The notes beneath the pieces were generated by a model. That model did no database searches and was not told where the DNA came from. It saw only the letters and a list, made by a program, of their open reading frames with translations. Shown piece by piece: positions 44,891 to 57,107 of a stretch of 64,000 nt of DNA. Origin of the DNA: Candidatus Zipacnadia bacterium (GTDB lineage: Bacteria > Armatimonadota > Zipacnadia > Zipacnadales > UBA5352); assembly GCA_029821735.1 (NCBI GenBank), contig JALGSU010000017.1, positions 107,406-171,405 of the forward strand. The letters are read 5' to 3'. Positions within the stretch are counted from its first letter, which is position 1, and each line of letters opens with the position of its first letter. The translations under genes and the position numbers were made by a program.

Positions 44891-45988
44891 CTACAGCGCG
44901 CCGCGCACCGCCGCGCAGACCTCGTCGATCTGGTCACCGGTCAGTTCGGGATACATTGGCAGGGAAAGTACTTCCTCCGACGCCCGCTCGGTCTCCGGCA
45001 GGCTTCCGGGGCCCATCCCAAGCTCACTCACGGCCGCCTGCAGGTGCACCGGAATTCGGTAGTGCACCGCATGGCCGATATCGGCCGCCTCCAGGGCGTC
45101 GGCGATGGCGTCTCGCTGCGGCGAGCGAATCGTGTAGACGTGGTAGACATGCTCGGCCCAGTCGGCCGCGGTCGGAACCTGCACCACGTCGGCGAGCTGC
45201 TCGGTGTAGCGCGCCGCATGCTGCCGACGGGCTTCGTTCCACTCGTCAAGACGGCGCAGCTTGATGCGCAACACGGCGGCCTGCAACTCGTCGAGGCGGC
45301 TGTTGTAGCCGATCAGATCGTGACAGTATCTCTCCGCACTGCCATGGACCCGCAGCTTGCGGATCCTGTCGCTCACGGCGTCGTCGGCGGCGGTGATCAT
45401 CCCACCTTCACCGTAGCCGGCGAGGTTCTTGCTCAGGTAGAAGCTGAACGCGGCGGCGTCGCCGAGTGAACCGCAGCGCGCGCCTTTGTAGCGTGCACCA
45501 TGCGCCTGTGCCGCGTCCTCGAGCACCACGATATCGTCACGGTCACCGATCGCCGCATCGGCTCTGTCCATGTCCGCCGGGTGGCCATACAGATGTACCG
45601 GGATCACGGCGCGGGTACGCGGGGTGATCGCCTCGGCGAGCTTCTCAGGACTGATGCAGAAGGTGTCCGGATCGATGTCCACCAGCACGGGCGTCGCGCC
45701 CACGTGGTAGATGCACTCAACGCTGGCGATGAAGGTGAAAGCGACGGTGATGACCTCGTCGCCGGGGCCTATGCCGAGTCCTTTGAGCGCCAGCGACAGG
45801 GCCTCGGTACCGTTGCCGACGCCGATCGCGTGCGGGGCGTCGCAGTAGCTGGCCCATTCGCTTTCGAGCGCCCGGACGTTCGGGCCCAACACCAGTTGCA
45901 TGCTGTCGAGCGCCTCGCCAAAGGCGGTCATCACTTCGTCGCGCAGTTCTTCGTACTGGATGCGCAGATCAACCAGGGGGATTGCCAC
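44891..45988 (-). CDS. DegT/DnrJ/EryC1/StrS-family PLP-dependent sugar aminotransferase
   Basis: Sequence MAIPLVDLRIQYEELRDE...GNGTEAL, of typical length. Confidence 0.8.
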   Translation of the reverse strand: MAIPLVDLRIQYEELRDEVMTAFGEALDSMQLVLGPNVRALESEWASYCDAPHAIGVGNGTEALSLALKGLGIGPGDEVITVAFTFIASVECIYHVGATPVLVDIDPDTFCISPEKLAEAITPRTRAVIPVHLYGHPADMDRADAAIGDRDDIVVLEDAAQAHGARYKGARCGSLGDAAAFSFYLSKNLAGYGEGGMITAADDAVSDRIRKLRVHGSAERYCHDLIGYNSRLDELQAAVLRIKLRRLDEWNEARRQHAARYTEQLADVVQVPTAADWAEHVYHVYTIRSPQRDAIADALEAADIGHAVHYRIPVHLQAAVSELGMGPGSLPETERASEEVLSLPMYPELTGDQIDEVCAAVRGAL

Positions 45989-46190
45989 TTGTAGAGCACC
46001 TCAGACTCTCTCGGCCACGTGGTGGCGCCGGCGGAGAGGTTTGAAAGACTTGAGGAAGACCACTCGTCTCCCCGCAGCTTTCGCTAATATTGCAGTTGGG
46101 GCCGCAGTCAGGCAACCGTGCGGGGATATGCCACGACCTCGGGCCTTCCGCAGTTTTAGAGACTCTCGGCGGTGAAAAGTTGCGGCCCGG

Positions 46191-48386
46191 TCAGGAGGAG
46201 GGCGGCAGTTGGCGGATGCTGATAACGTCGATGAGCTGGCGCAGGCGGCCGAGGACGTGCTGCAGGTCACGACGAGTGCGGATGTCGAGGGTCAGAGTGA
46301 GGTGGGCCACCCCTGATTCGGTGGTGGTCGCAGTGGCTTGGGCGATGTTGATGCCGCAGTCGCTGACAATCGCGGTGATGTGCGAGAACAAGCCAGCGCG
46401 GTCGGCGGCAATCACCTCGACCCTCTGGCGGAAGACCGAGGCCGCCGTCTCGCCCGTCCAGTTCAGCGGGACGACCCGGTGCGGCTCGTTGACGGCATGA
46501 TACTGCAGGTTTTTGCAGTCACTGCGGTGTATGGTCAGGCCTCGTCCGCGAGTCACGTAGCCGGTGATGTCGTCGCCGGGCAGTGGCGAACAGCATTTGC
46601 TGAGCCGGCACTGGAAGCCATCGGCGCCGTCCACCTCGACCGGCAGGGCGCTCTGGTCGCGGCGGCTTTTCTGCTCGTCGGTCTCGGGACGAAGCCGAGC
46701 CACCTCTTCAGCCAGACTCTCGGGTTTGGCTTTCTCCTCGACCAAGTCCCGCACGATGGTGAGCGCTTCCACGTCACCGTAGCCGATCGCGGCGAGCAGG
46801 TCATCGGGGTGGGTGTAGCCGTGTTTCTGACATACCTCCGTAAGTTGCTCGAGGTCAACCAGCGTGCGCAGCGCCGGCGGCTGGCTACCCAGTGCATCGC
46901 GCAGACTCTCGCGGCCAGTGACGATGTTCTCGGCGCGGGCCTTGCCTTTGAGGTGCCTGCGGACCTTCGCCTTTGCCGACGATGTCTTGATGATATCGAG
47001 CCAGTCGCGGCTGGGCTCAGCGCTGGGGTTGGTGCTGATTTCGGCGATGTCACCGTTACTGAACGTGTAGGTCAGTGGCACCTGCTGTCCATTGACTTTC
47101 GCGCCGACGCAATGATGGCCGACTTCGGAGTGAATCCGGTAGGCGAAGTCGATGGGGCCAGCGCCTGCGGGCAGATCGACGACGTCGCCACCGGGCGTGA
47201 ATACGAACACCTGGTCCTGGAAGAGATCGAGTTGGAGCATCTCCAGGAACTCGTGGCTTTCCGTGAGATCGGTCTCGAGTTCGATGACCTGGCGCAGGAG
47301 AGTGATCTGCTCATCGGCTCCCACACCGGCCTCCTCGCCCTCCTTGTAGCGCCAGTGGGCGGCGACGCCATACTCAGCCACCTTGTGCATCTCCCAGGTG
47401 CGGATCTGCACCTCCAGAGGGGAGTTGTCCGAACCGATGACCTTGGTGTGCAGCGACTGGTACTTGTTGGATTTGGGCTTGGCGATGTAGTCGGTAAACA
47501 TGCCCTGGATGGGCATCCACAGCTCATGCACCAGCCCCAGCGCGGCGTAGCAGTCGGCGACTGAGTCTGTGATGATGCGAATGGCGGCGAGGTCCGCGAT
47601 CTGTTCGAAGCTGATGTTCTGATCGCGCATCTTGCGCGCGATCGAGTAGATATGCTTGGCTCGTCCCTGAACCTGAGCGTTGATGCCGGTCTCCTTGAGG
47701 CGCTCGGAAACCGCCTGCCGTACCTCCTGGATGCGGGCTTCCCTCTCCTCGCGCCCGTGGCCGAGCAGCCGGGCCACCTCATAGTATTGTTCGGGCTCAA
47801 GATAGCGCAAGGAGTAGTCCTCAAGTTCCCACTTGAAGCGCCAGACACCGAGGCGATGGGCTAGCGGGGCGAAGATCTGCAGGGTCTCCTCAGCGATGGT
47901 AATCTGCTTCTCCGGGGCAAGCGCGTAGAGGGTGCGCATGTTGTGCAGGCGGTCGGCGAACTTTATGAGGATGACGCGGATGTCGCGGGCCATTGCCAGG
48001 AACATCTTGCGCAGGTTGCTCGCCTGGGTCTCCTGCTTGGTGTGGAAGCTCAGGCGCGTGAGTTTGGTGACCCCATCGACGAGTTCGGCCACGGTGTCGC
48101 CGAATTGCTTGCGTATCTCGTCGATGGTCGCCTCAGTGTCCTCGACCGTATCGTGCAACACTCCGGCGATGACGCTCGGAGGATCGGCTTCAATGTCGGC
48201 GAGGATTTCGGCGACGGCAAGCGGGTGAGTGATGAATGGTTCGCCGGTCTTGCGGGGAGCGTCATCCTTGTGCCGGTCGAGGGCGAACTCGTAGGCCTCT
48301 TTCAGGCGCGTGATTTCGGCCTCGGGCCAGTAGGTTTTGACCCGGTGCAAAATATGGTCCAGATTGGTTACCTGAACATCGCCCAT
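46191..48386 (-). CDS. relA: Bifunctional (p)ppGpp synthetase/hydrolase (RelA/SpoT homolog)
   Basis: HD hydrolase motifs (HDTVEDT), and synthetase, TGS and ACT regions. Start at 48386 (MGDVQV) with a GGAGAGAAG RBS. Confidence 0.85.
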   Translation of the reverse strand: MGDVQVTNLDHILHRVKTYWPEAEITRLKEAYEFALDRHKDDAPRKTGEPFITHPLAVAEILADIEADPPSVIAGVLHDTVEDTEATIDEIRKQFGDTVAELVDGVTKLTRLSFHTKQETQASNLRKMFLAMARDIRVILIKFADRLHNMRTLYALAPEKQITIAEETLQIFAPLAHRLGVWRFKWELEDYSLRYLEPEQYYEVARLLGHGREEREARIQEVRQAVSERLKETGINAQVQGRAKHIYSIARKMRDQNISFEQIADLAAIRIITDSVADCYAALGLVHELWMPIQGMFTDYIAKPKSNKYQSLHTKVIGSDNSPLEVQIRTWEMHKVAEYGVAAHWRYKEGEEAGVGADEQITLLRQVIELETDLTESHEFLEMLQLDLFQDQVFVFTPGGDVVDLPAGAGPIDFAYRIHSEVGHHCVGAKVNGQQVPLTYTFSNGDIAEISTNPSAEPSRDWLDIIKTSSAKAKVRRHLKGKARAENIVTGRESLRDALGSQPPALRTLVDLEQLTEVCQKHGYTHPDDLLAAIGYGDVEALTIVRDLVEEKAKPESLAEEVARLRPETDEQKSRRDQSALPVEVDGADGFQCRLSKCCSPLPGDDITGYVTRGRGLTIHRSDCKNLQYHAVNEPHRVVPLNWTGETAASVFRQRVEVIAADRAGLFSHITAIVSDCGINIAQATATTTESGVAHLTLTLDIRTRRDLQHVLGRLRQLIDVISIRQLPPSS

Positions 48387-48472
48387 GGCTTCTCTCCGGG
48401 GGCCTTTGTGCGCCCTGCCAGCCAGTATACCACGGGCGGTATAGTGGCGCAATCGGGGGGCGTGGCGCGTCG

Positions 48473-48501
48473 TTGACAAGGGGGTATGAACCTGCTAACC
48501 T
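48473..48501 (+). promoter_or_regulatory. Candidate promoter (TTGACA, 17-nt spacer, TAACCT) upstream of rfbD
   Basis: Read directly. The -10 is weak. Confidence 0.2.
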
Positions 48502-48507
48502 ATCCTC

Positions 48508-49389
48508 GTGATGCCGGCTTTGGCCCCCGTACCAGTCGCCGTAACCGGGGCCGCGGGTATGCTGGGGCAGGACGTGTGCAAAACGGCTCCCCGGTGGGCC
48601 ATGGTTGCGGCTTTGACCAGAGACGACGGTGACCTCGTGGACGCTGCCAGCGCCCGTGAGGCGCTTGTTGGCGTGTCGCCGGCGATCATCATCCACTGCG
48701 CGGCATACACTGACGTTGACGGGTGCACGCGTGACCCTGAACGGGCCACCGCCGGCAATGCCACCGCCACACGGAACGTGGCGGAGGTCGCCGACAGCAT
48801 CGGGGCGACGCTGCTCTACGTGAGCACGGACTATGTATTCGACGGCTTGAAGGGCGAGCCGTATCTCGAGGACGACGCACCTTCGCCGCTGAACCCCTAC
48901 GGTGAGAGCAAGCTGGAGGGAGAGCGTGCGGCCGGGGGTTGTGCCGAGCACCTCATTGTGCGCACCCAGTGGTTGTATGGCCCGGGCGGCAAGAGCTTCG
49001 TGCTGGCAATTCTGCGTGCCGCGGCGGCGGGACGGGACCTGCGCGTGGTTTCAGACGAGATCGGGTGCCCCACGTACACACCTGACCTTGCCTCGGGCAT
49101 CTGGCGGCTGCTGGAGAGCGGGGGGCGTGGCGTCTTCCATATGACCGGTACCGGCGCATGTTCGCGGCTGGAACTGGCGCGCGCGGCGCTGGATCAGGCA
49201 GGGATGGGGGACGTGCCCGTAGCCCCCATGCGCAGCGCGGACTGGGACAGCCCGACAGTGCGCCCGCTGGACTCTACCTTGGGCAGTCGCCGACTGGTAG
49301 AGGTGGACGTGGCGCCGCTGCGGCCGTGGCGAGAGGCCCTCGTCGACTATGTTGACTGGCTCCAGGACACCGATGCCCTGAGACCGTGA
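48508..49389 (+). CDS. rfbD: dTDP-4-dehydrorhamnose reductase
   Basis: VTGAAGMLG Rossmann motif, an YxxxK-type region, and typical length. Confidence 0.75.
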   Translation: MMPALAPVPVAVTGAAGMLGQDVCKTAPRWAMVAALTRDDGDLVDAASAREALVGVSPAIIIHCAAYTDVDGCTRDPERATAGNATATRNVAEVADSIGATLLYVSTDYVFDGLKGEPYLEDDAPSPLNPYGESKLEGERAAGGCAEHLIVRTQWLYGPGGKSFVLAILRAAAAGRDLRVVSDEIGCPTYTPDLASGIWRLLESGGRGVFHMTGTGACSRLELARAALDQAGMGDVPVAPMRSADWDSPTVRPLDSTLGSRRLVEVDVAPLRPWREALVDYVDWLQDTDALRP

Positions 49390-49406
49390 GGAACCAGGAG
49401 ATCGCT

Positions 49407-51632
<2,226 letters not shown>

Positions 51633-51650
51633 GGCGGAGCGGATGGGTAG

Positions 51651-53471
51651 ATGAGCGACCTGGTACTGCTGAGCATCATCTTCGTGGGAACGATCGCGGC
51701 TGCGAGCGTCCTGCGCGTCGGACTGCGTCCACCACCCGGACAGAAGCAACCCCGGCTGGAGGCGCGCGGTCTGCTTCTGTTCGTACCTCTGCTTGTTCTT
51801 CTGGCTGCGGATGCTCCCGGAGACCTGCTCGTTCCGGTGCTCGGGGCCCTGGCCATCTATTTGCTGTGCGCGATCGGTGAGGCGCTAGGCACCGCGCGGC
51901 TCGCGCGCATACTGGTCGTCATCGTGACCGGCGTCATCGTCTACTCCCAGGGCGTGAGCATCGACACCCTCAAGATTCCTCTGAGCGACGTATGGTTCAG
52001 CCTCGGCTGGGCTTCGCCGGTGTTGACCGTGCTGTGGCTGTGGGTGTGCGCCTCGCTCTTTGGTCGCGCGGGCTCGATACCAGGTGTGGCCTACGGCGTG
52101 GCGGGCCTGAGTGGCGTGACCTTCTACCTGGTATGCCTGATGGTACCCTGGGCGACGGGCGATTCAGCCCGACTGCTGGCAATAGCGATCGCGGGCGTGT
52201 CGCTGGCGCAACTGCCTGCGGTGGGTCAAGTCGCCACGCGGCCGGCCGTCCCTAGCTCGTATGCGATGGGCTTTCTGATCGGCTGTCTGGCTATTCTCGG
52301 GGCGCTCAAACACACGGCCGCCCTAGCGGCCCTGCTGCCCATTCTGGCGATCAGCGTTCCGCTCTTCGGCGCGACCTACACCTTCGCGGCGGCCCTCCGC
52401 GGGCGCGCGCGTGGGATGCTGATCGGGCAGCGGCGCCAGCACCTGCACGAGCTGCTGCTCGAGCAGGGGTACTCGCCGGGCCAGGTCTTCGGAGTGTTGA
52501 TGTCGGTGTCGGCGTACATGTGCCTGCTGGGTCTGGCGCTGGTCTCGCTGATCGGGCAGCCGGCGTGGCTCAAGCTGCTGGTGCTGGCGCTGGGCATTAC
52601 GGTCGGCCCCTCGTTCTTCTTCGTAGTGCTGCGCATGCTCAGGCATGGCCCAGCGCCCCAGATGCAGGACGGCGAACCGCCTGTGATTGACCTGTTCAAT
52701 GTTCGGCTGCACCCGGTGACCATGGACGACGCGCTCGCGCAAGCAGAGCGGTTCATGAGCGAGGGCGGGCCGCACATGATCGTCACCAGCGACACCTCGG
52801 CGGTCGTGCGCGCGCAACACGACGAGGAGCTGCGAACCATCATCAACGAGGCCGACCTCGCGACGGTCGACGGGCAGGGCGTGGTGGTCTGCGCCCGCCT
52901 GCTGAACATTCCGATCATGCAGCGCGTCGCGGGTGTCGACATGGTCGGGCGGCTGTGCGAGATAGCAGCGCGCCTTGGCCAGCCTGTAGCGATGCTCGGC
53001 GCAGCGCCGGGCGTGGCCGACGAGGCTGCTCAGAACCTGAAGCAGATGTATCCGGGCCTGGAGGTCGTGTATACCCAGCACGGCTATTTCGGCGACGATG
53101 ATGAGCCTCGCATACTCGCCGAGATCAAGGAAGCGGCGCCGATGGTGCTTTTCGTGGCCATGGGGATACCCAAGCAGGAGAAGTGGATCAAGAAGCACAT
53201 GGACGAGCTTGGCGTGCCGGTATCCATGGGAGTGGGCGGCAGCCTCGACGTCTTCGCAGGACGGGTGAAGCGCGCCCCGGCGTGGATGCGCAGCTGCGGG
53301 CTGGAGTGGCTCTACCGAACGGCGAAAGACCCGAAGAGAGCGCCGCGTCTGGCGGCTTTGCCGCGCATGTTCCTGATGACGGTCTGGGAGCTCTTGATGT
53401 CCCCGGCGCCGCCTTCGGGCGTGATGGCGCCATCCTCGCCGGAGAGCGGGACGGGTGCCCCCGAGCAGTAG
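51651..53471 (+). CDS. Fusion protein: an N-terminal polytopic membrane domain (about 10 TM) plus a C-terminal WecB/TagA/CpsF-family glycosyltransferase
   Basis: The C-terminal 250 aa (IDLFNVRLHPVTMDDAL...VDGQGVV...GIPKQEKWI...GVGGSLDVFAG) match the TagA/WecB family. The N-terminus is hydrophobic with no motif I recognise. Confidence 0.6.
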   Translation: MSDLVLLSIIFVGTIAAASVLRVGLRPPPGQKQPRLEARGLLLFVPLLVLLAADAPGDLLVPVLGALAIYLLCAIGEALGTARLARILVVIVTGVIVYSQGVSIDTLKIPLSDVWFSLGWASPVLTVLWLWVCASLFGRAGSIPGVAYGVAGLSGVTFYLVCLMVPWATGDSARLLAIAIAGVSLAQLPAVGQVATRPAVPSSYAMGFLIGCLAILGALKHTAALAALLPILAISVPLFGATYTFAAALRGRARGMLIGQRRQHLHELLLEQGYSPGQVFGVLMSVSAYMCLLGLALVSLIGQPAWLKLLVLALGITVGPSFFFVVLRMLRHGPAPQMQDGEPPVIDLFNVRLHPVTMDDALAQAERFMSEGGPHMIVTSDTSAVVRAQHDEELRTIINEADLATVDGQGVVVCARLLNIPIMQRVAGVDMVGRLCEIAARLGQPVAMLGAAPGVADEAAQNLKQMYPGLEVVYTQHGYFGDDDEPRILAEIKEAAPMVLFVAMGIPKQEKWIKKHMDELGVPVSMGVGGSLDVFAGRVKRAPAWMRSCGLEWLYRTAKDPKRAPRLAALPRMFLMTVWELLMSPAPPSGVMAPSSPESGTGAPEQ

Positions 53472-53517
53472 TACACCCACCCGGGTTAACTCAATCTACA
53501 TGAGACGGGAAGCAGAC

Positions 53518-54465
53518 ATGGCAGAGGTACTGATAGTCGGCTCGATGGCGCTCGACAGCGTGAAGACGCCCTTTGGCGAGGTCGAACGCGTCGTGGGAGG
53601 CGCAGCGGTCTACGCCGCTACCGCAGCGAGTATGCTCGCGCCGCCACGGGTTGTGGGCGTGGTGGGCGGCGACTTCCCCCAGGAAGCGCTGGACTTCCTG
53701 GCCTCACGCGGGAGCGACCTGGCTGGCGTCGAGCGCGTTGAGGACGGCAAGTCGTTCTTCTGGAGCGGTGTCTACGACTATGCGCTGGGCGAGCGAGAGA
53801 CGCTCGATACCCAGCTCAACGTATTTGGCGACTTCAACCCGGTCCTGCCTGAGAGCTACAGCGACAGCCGGTACTGCTTCCTCGCCAATATCCAGCCACA
53901 GGTGCAGGCGGCGGTGCTCGATCAGGTGAGCGACACCTGCTTTGTGATGTGCGACACCATGAACCTGTGGATTGAGACCGAGCGCGAGGCCCTCGAGGGT
54001 GTGCTGGCGAGAGTCGACCTGGCTCTACTGAACGACGCCGAGGCACGCCAACTCGCGGACACGCCGAACCTGCAGCTCGCCGCCGAGCGCATCATGGCGA
54101 TGGGGCCGCGGTATCTGGTCATCAAGAAGGGCGAGTACGGCGCGACACTGGTCACCGCCGATGACATCTTCTCGATCCCGGCCTATCCGCTGCCGAATGT
54201 GGTTGATCCCACGGGCGCGGGTGACAGCTTCGCCGGCGGCATGATCGGCTTCCTCGCGAGGCAGGACGATTGCGGCAACATGCAGTTGCGCAAGTCGATG
54301 GCCTTCGGCACGGCAATTGCGTCGGCCGCAGTCGAAGACTTCAGCCTCGCCGGGCTCAAGCAGTTCGGCATGCCGCAAGTGGCCGAGCGATACAACGCGT
54401 TGCGCGACATGGTCCGGTTCGACGCGATGGACCACGAACTCGCGCAAATCTGTCAGTCATCCTGA
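53518..54465 (+). CDS. PfkB-family (ribokinase-like) carbohydrate kinase
   Basis: DPTGAGDSFAGG motif. Start at 53518 (MAEVLIVGS); the upstream extension overlaps the previous gene. Confidence 0.7.
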   Translation: MAEVLIVGSMALDSVKTPFGEVERVVGGAAVYAATAASMLAPPRVVGVVGGDFPQEALDFLASRGSDLAGVERVEDGKSFFWSGVYDYALGERETLDTQLNVFGDFNPVLPESYSDSRYCFLANIQPQVQAAVLDQVSDTCFVMCDTMNLWIETEREALEGVLARVDLALLNDAEARQLADTPNLQLAAERIMAMGPRYLVIKKGEYGATLVTADDIFSIPAYPLPNVVDPTGAGDSFAGGMIGFLARQDDCGNMQLRKSMAFGTAIASAAVEDFSLAGLKQFGMPQVAERYNALRDMVRFDAMDHELAQICQSS

Positions 54466-54490
54466 CGAGGACAGTTAGCGCACGAAGGAC

Positions 54491-54519
54491 AGTTCAACGG
54501 CGTAGCGAAATACTATAAT
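54491..54519 (+). promoter_or_regulatory. Candidate promoter with a perfect TATAAT -10 (54514-54519) upstream of fbaB
   Basis: Read directly. The -35 is weak. Confidence 0.3.
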
Positions 54520-54577
54520 TCGTTTCGAGGGTCGTACATGGACTGGCACCGAATCTGAGGGTGGATGGTGAGTCAAT

Positions 54578-55645
54578 ATGACGAAGACCGACATTGAGGC
54601 TCTACTTGGCGATGATGCGAGTCTCCTGACATACGAAGCAACCGGCGTTGACCAGAGCATGCTCAATCTCCCGGGCCCCGACTTCATCGATCGTGTGGTG
54701 GCGGACAGCGATCGCTCCACGCGGGTGATGGGCAGTCTGCAGCGAATCATGAACTCCGGGCGGCTGGCAGGGACGGGCTTCGTGTCCTTCCTGCCCGTGG
54801 ATCAGGGCATGGAACACTCGGCGGCGGCTTCGTTCGCGCCCAATCCGGCCTACTTTGATCCGGCGAATATCGTCAAGCTGGCCATCGAGGGCGGCTGCAA
54901 CGGCGTGGCGTCGACGCTCGGCGTGCTGGGTTCTGTGGGGCGCAAGTATGCGCACCAGATCCCGTTTATCGTGAAGCTCAATCACAGCCAACTGCTGACC
55001 TACCCCAACGAGTATGACCAGGTAATGTATGCCACGGTTGAGCAGGCGTGGGACCTCGGCGCGGTCGGCGTAGGTGCGACGATCTATTACGGAGCGCCCG
55101 AGTCCGACCGGCAGATGCAGGAGGTCACGGAGGCCTTCGCGCGCGCTCATGAACTGGGCATGGTCACCGTTTTGTGGACCTATCTGCGCAACTCCGCGTT
55201 CAAGACCGACAAGGATTACCACGTGTCGGCCGACCTGACCGGTCAGGCGAATTACCAGGGCGTCACCATCGAGGCGGACATCGTCAAGCAGAAGCAGCCC
55301 GAGAACAATGGCGGCTACCCGGCGATGAATATCGACGGCAAGTACGGTCGCACCGACGATCGCCTGTACGATGGCACGCTGATACCCGACAACCCGATCG
55401 AGTGGACTCGATGGCAGGTTGTCAACTGCTACATGGGCCGCGCCGGTCTGATCAACTCCGGCGGCGCATCCACCGGTGGCGACGATCTGGCGCAGGCGGC
55501 CCGCACCGCCGTGATCAACAAGCGCGCGGGCGGGATGGGGCTGATCACCGGCCGGAAGGCGTTCCAGAAGCCGATGGCCGAGGGGATCGAGATTCTGCAG
55601 ACTGTCCAGGACGTGTATCTTTGCGAGGACGTGACTGTGGCCTGA
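54578..55645 (+). CDS. fbaB: Class I fructose-bisphosphate aldolase (FbaB/DhnA type)
   Basis: Near-collinear with E. coli FbaB across the whole length ([66 protein letters not shown]). Confidence 0.85.
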   Translation: MTKTDIEALLGDDASLLTYEATGVDQSMLNLPGPDFIDRVVADSDRSTRVMGSLQRIMNSGRLAGTGFVSFLPVDQGMEHSAAASFAPNPAYFDPANIVKLAIEGGCNGVASTLGVLGSVGRKYAHQIPFIVKLNHSQLLTYPNEYDQVMYATVEQAWDLGAVGVGATIYYGAPESDRQMQEVTEAFARAHELGMVTVLWTYLRNSAFKTDKDYHVSADLTGQANYQGVTIEADIVKQKQPENNGGYPAMNIDGKYGRTDDRLYDGTLIPDNPIEWTRWQVVNCYMGRAGLINSGGASTGGDDLAQAARTAVINKRAGGMGLITGRKAFQKPMAEGIEILQTVQDVYLCEDVTVA

Positions 55646-55787
55646 CGGGCCGCGGATACTATAGACCTGAGCAAGCAACGATGGGGCCCGAGCGGGCCCA
55701 CCGGCCCGTGACGGGCGCCGGTGTTGTGTAGCTGCATCGTTTTGTCTCAGGACCAAGGGGCGCAAAGCCTCAAGAGGGTGAACGAAG

Positions 55788-57020
55788 ATGGGAGCCATGC
55801 TCACAGGACGCGAGCTGCGCAAGATCTATGACCTGTTTTGCCCGTTCGATGACGAGCTGAACCTCAAGCCCGAGGAAGAGCGTGTGACACTGCTGGCCGC
55901 GAACGCCAACAACTGGTGGCAGACGCGCGCCTTCGTGATGCTCTCGGCGCTGGACAAGCAGTCGCCGATCATCATTCAGTTCTCACACAACGCGAACACC
56001 AAGATTGGTGGCCTGCCGGGCAAGATCTTTGCGCCGGAGGGTCTGGGCTACCGCGGCAACCCCGCCATCCGTGGCGCGCGTGCCATGGCCACGTGGATCG
56101 AGGAAGAGGTCGAGGCATGGGGCGCCGATCTGGTCGCCGCGTCGCTGGACCACTTCGCGGTTCCGAAGTTCGACGCCGACAAGGACTACCCGCAGTGCGC
56201 GGTGCCGACCGGCTACGCCGACGCGATTGACGCGTCCATCGCCTATCTCGAAGGCGTCGACCTCGGCCACATGATGGAGGACATGTCCGGCGGCCTGAAG
56301 GACAAGTACATATCCTACCTGTCCAGCGTCGAGTACCAGGACTTCCGCTCCGACTTCATGGAGACTGTCGAAGTCATCAAGCCCGCATGGGGCATGATTG
56401 ACACCGAGGGTATCCCGCCGGTGCTGGACTTCGCCGTCAGCCGCGACATCGCCGACGCGACCCGCATCGAGCTGGGCAACCACGACATGATGCTCGAAGC
56501 CGAGCTTGGCGAGACCGGCCAGTCCGGCGACGACAAGGAGTACGTCGCGATGGCGGGCCAGGACCTCGAAGACTTCGCGAACCTGACTGCCGCCTTCGTC
56601 GAGTACACCGGCGCCGAGGGTCTGTCGTATGACATCGGCATGAAGCACGCGGCCACGGCCACGGAGAAGCACCCGATCGATGAGAACAAGATCGAGGCTG
56701 TCGAGCGGCGCGTCATCGAGAAGACGGGCACCTACGCAGCCTTCGCCCAGCACGGCGGCACCGGTTCGGCCGGCGTTGCCAAGGGTCTCATCGGCAAGAC
56801 CAACATCAACACCGCCTTCCTGGTGGCCGGCTCCATCGGTCGCCACGAGTTCTTCGCCAGTGACCCCGAGGGTGTCATGGGCGGGAACAAGAAGATGTGC
56901 GGCACCGACGTCGAGACCAGCATCTACCTCGAGTCCGTCTACGACGAGGCAGTCCGGCGCATGGAGCCCACCGGCAGCATGAACACCGGCCCGGCCTGCT
57001 TCAAGGCTCTCGGCTGGTAG
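55788..57020 (+). CDS. Class II (metal-dependent) fructose/tagatose-bisphosphate aldolase-family protein, divergent
   Basis: Blocks align to FbaA: PIIIQFSHNANTKIGGLPG ~ PVIVQFSNGGASFIAGKG, LEAELGETGQSGDD ~ LEIELGCTGGEEDG, and AQHGGTGS ~ FHGGSGS. Confidence 0.5.
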   Translation: MGAMLTGRELRKIYDLFCPFDDELNLKPEEERVTLLAANANNWWQTRAFVMLSALDKQSPIIIQFSHNANTKIGGLPGKIFAPEGLGYRGNPAIRGARAMATWIEEEVEAWGADLVAASLDHFAVPKFDADKDYPQCAVPTGYADAIDASIAYLEGVDLGHMMEDMSGGLKDKYISYLSSVEYQDFRSDFMETVEVIKPAWGMIDTEGIPPVLDFAVSRDIADATRIELGNHDMMLEAELGETGQSGDDKEYVAMAGQDLEDFANLTAAFVEYTGAEGLSYDIGMKHAATATEKHPIDENKIEAVERRVIEKTGTYAAFAQHGGTGSAGVAKGLIGKTNINTAFLVAGSIGRHEFFASDPEGVMGGNKKMCGTDVETSIYLESVYDEAVRRMEPTGSMNTGPACFKALGW

Positions 57021-57107
57021 GACGTTCCAGCACAGCACCAACGCCATAAACAGGCAGCCGAGCCCGCAGGGGCTCGGCTGCCTGAGCAAACGACAGGAGG
57101 GTCGCCG

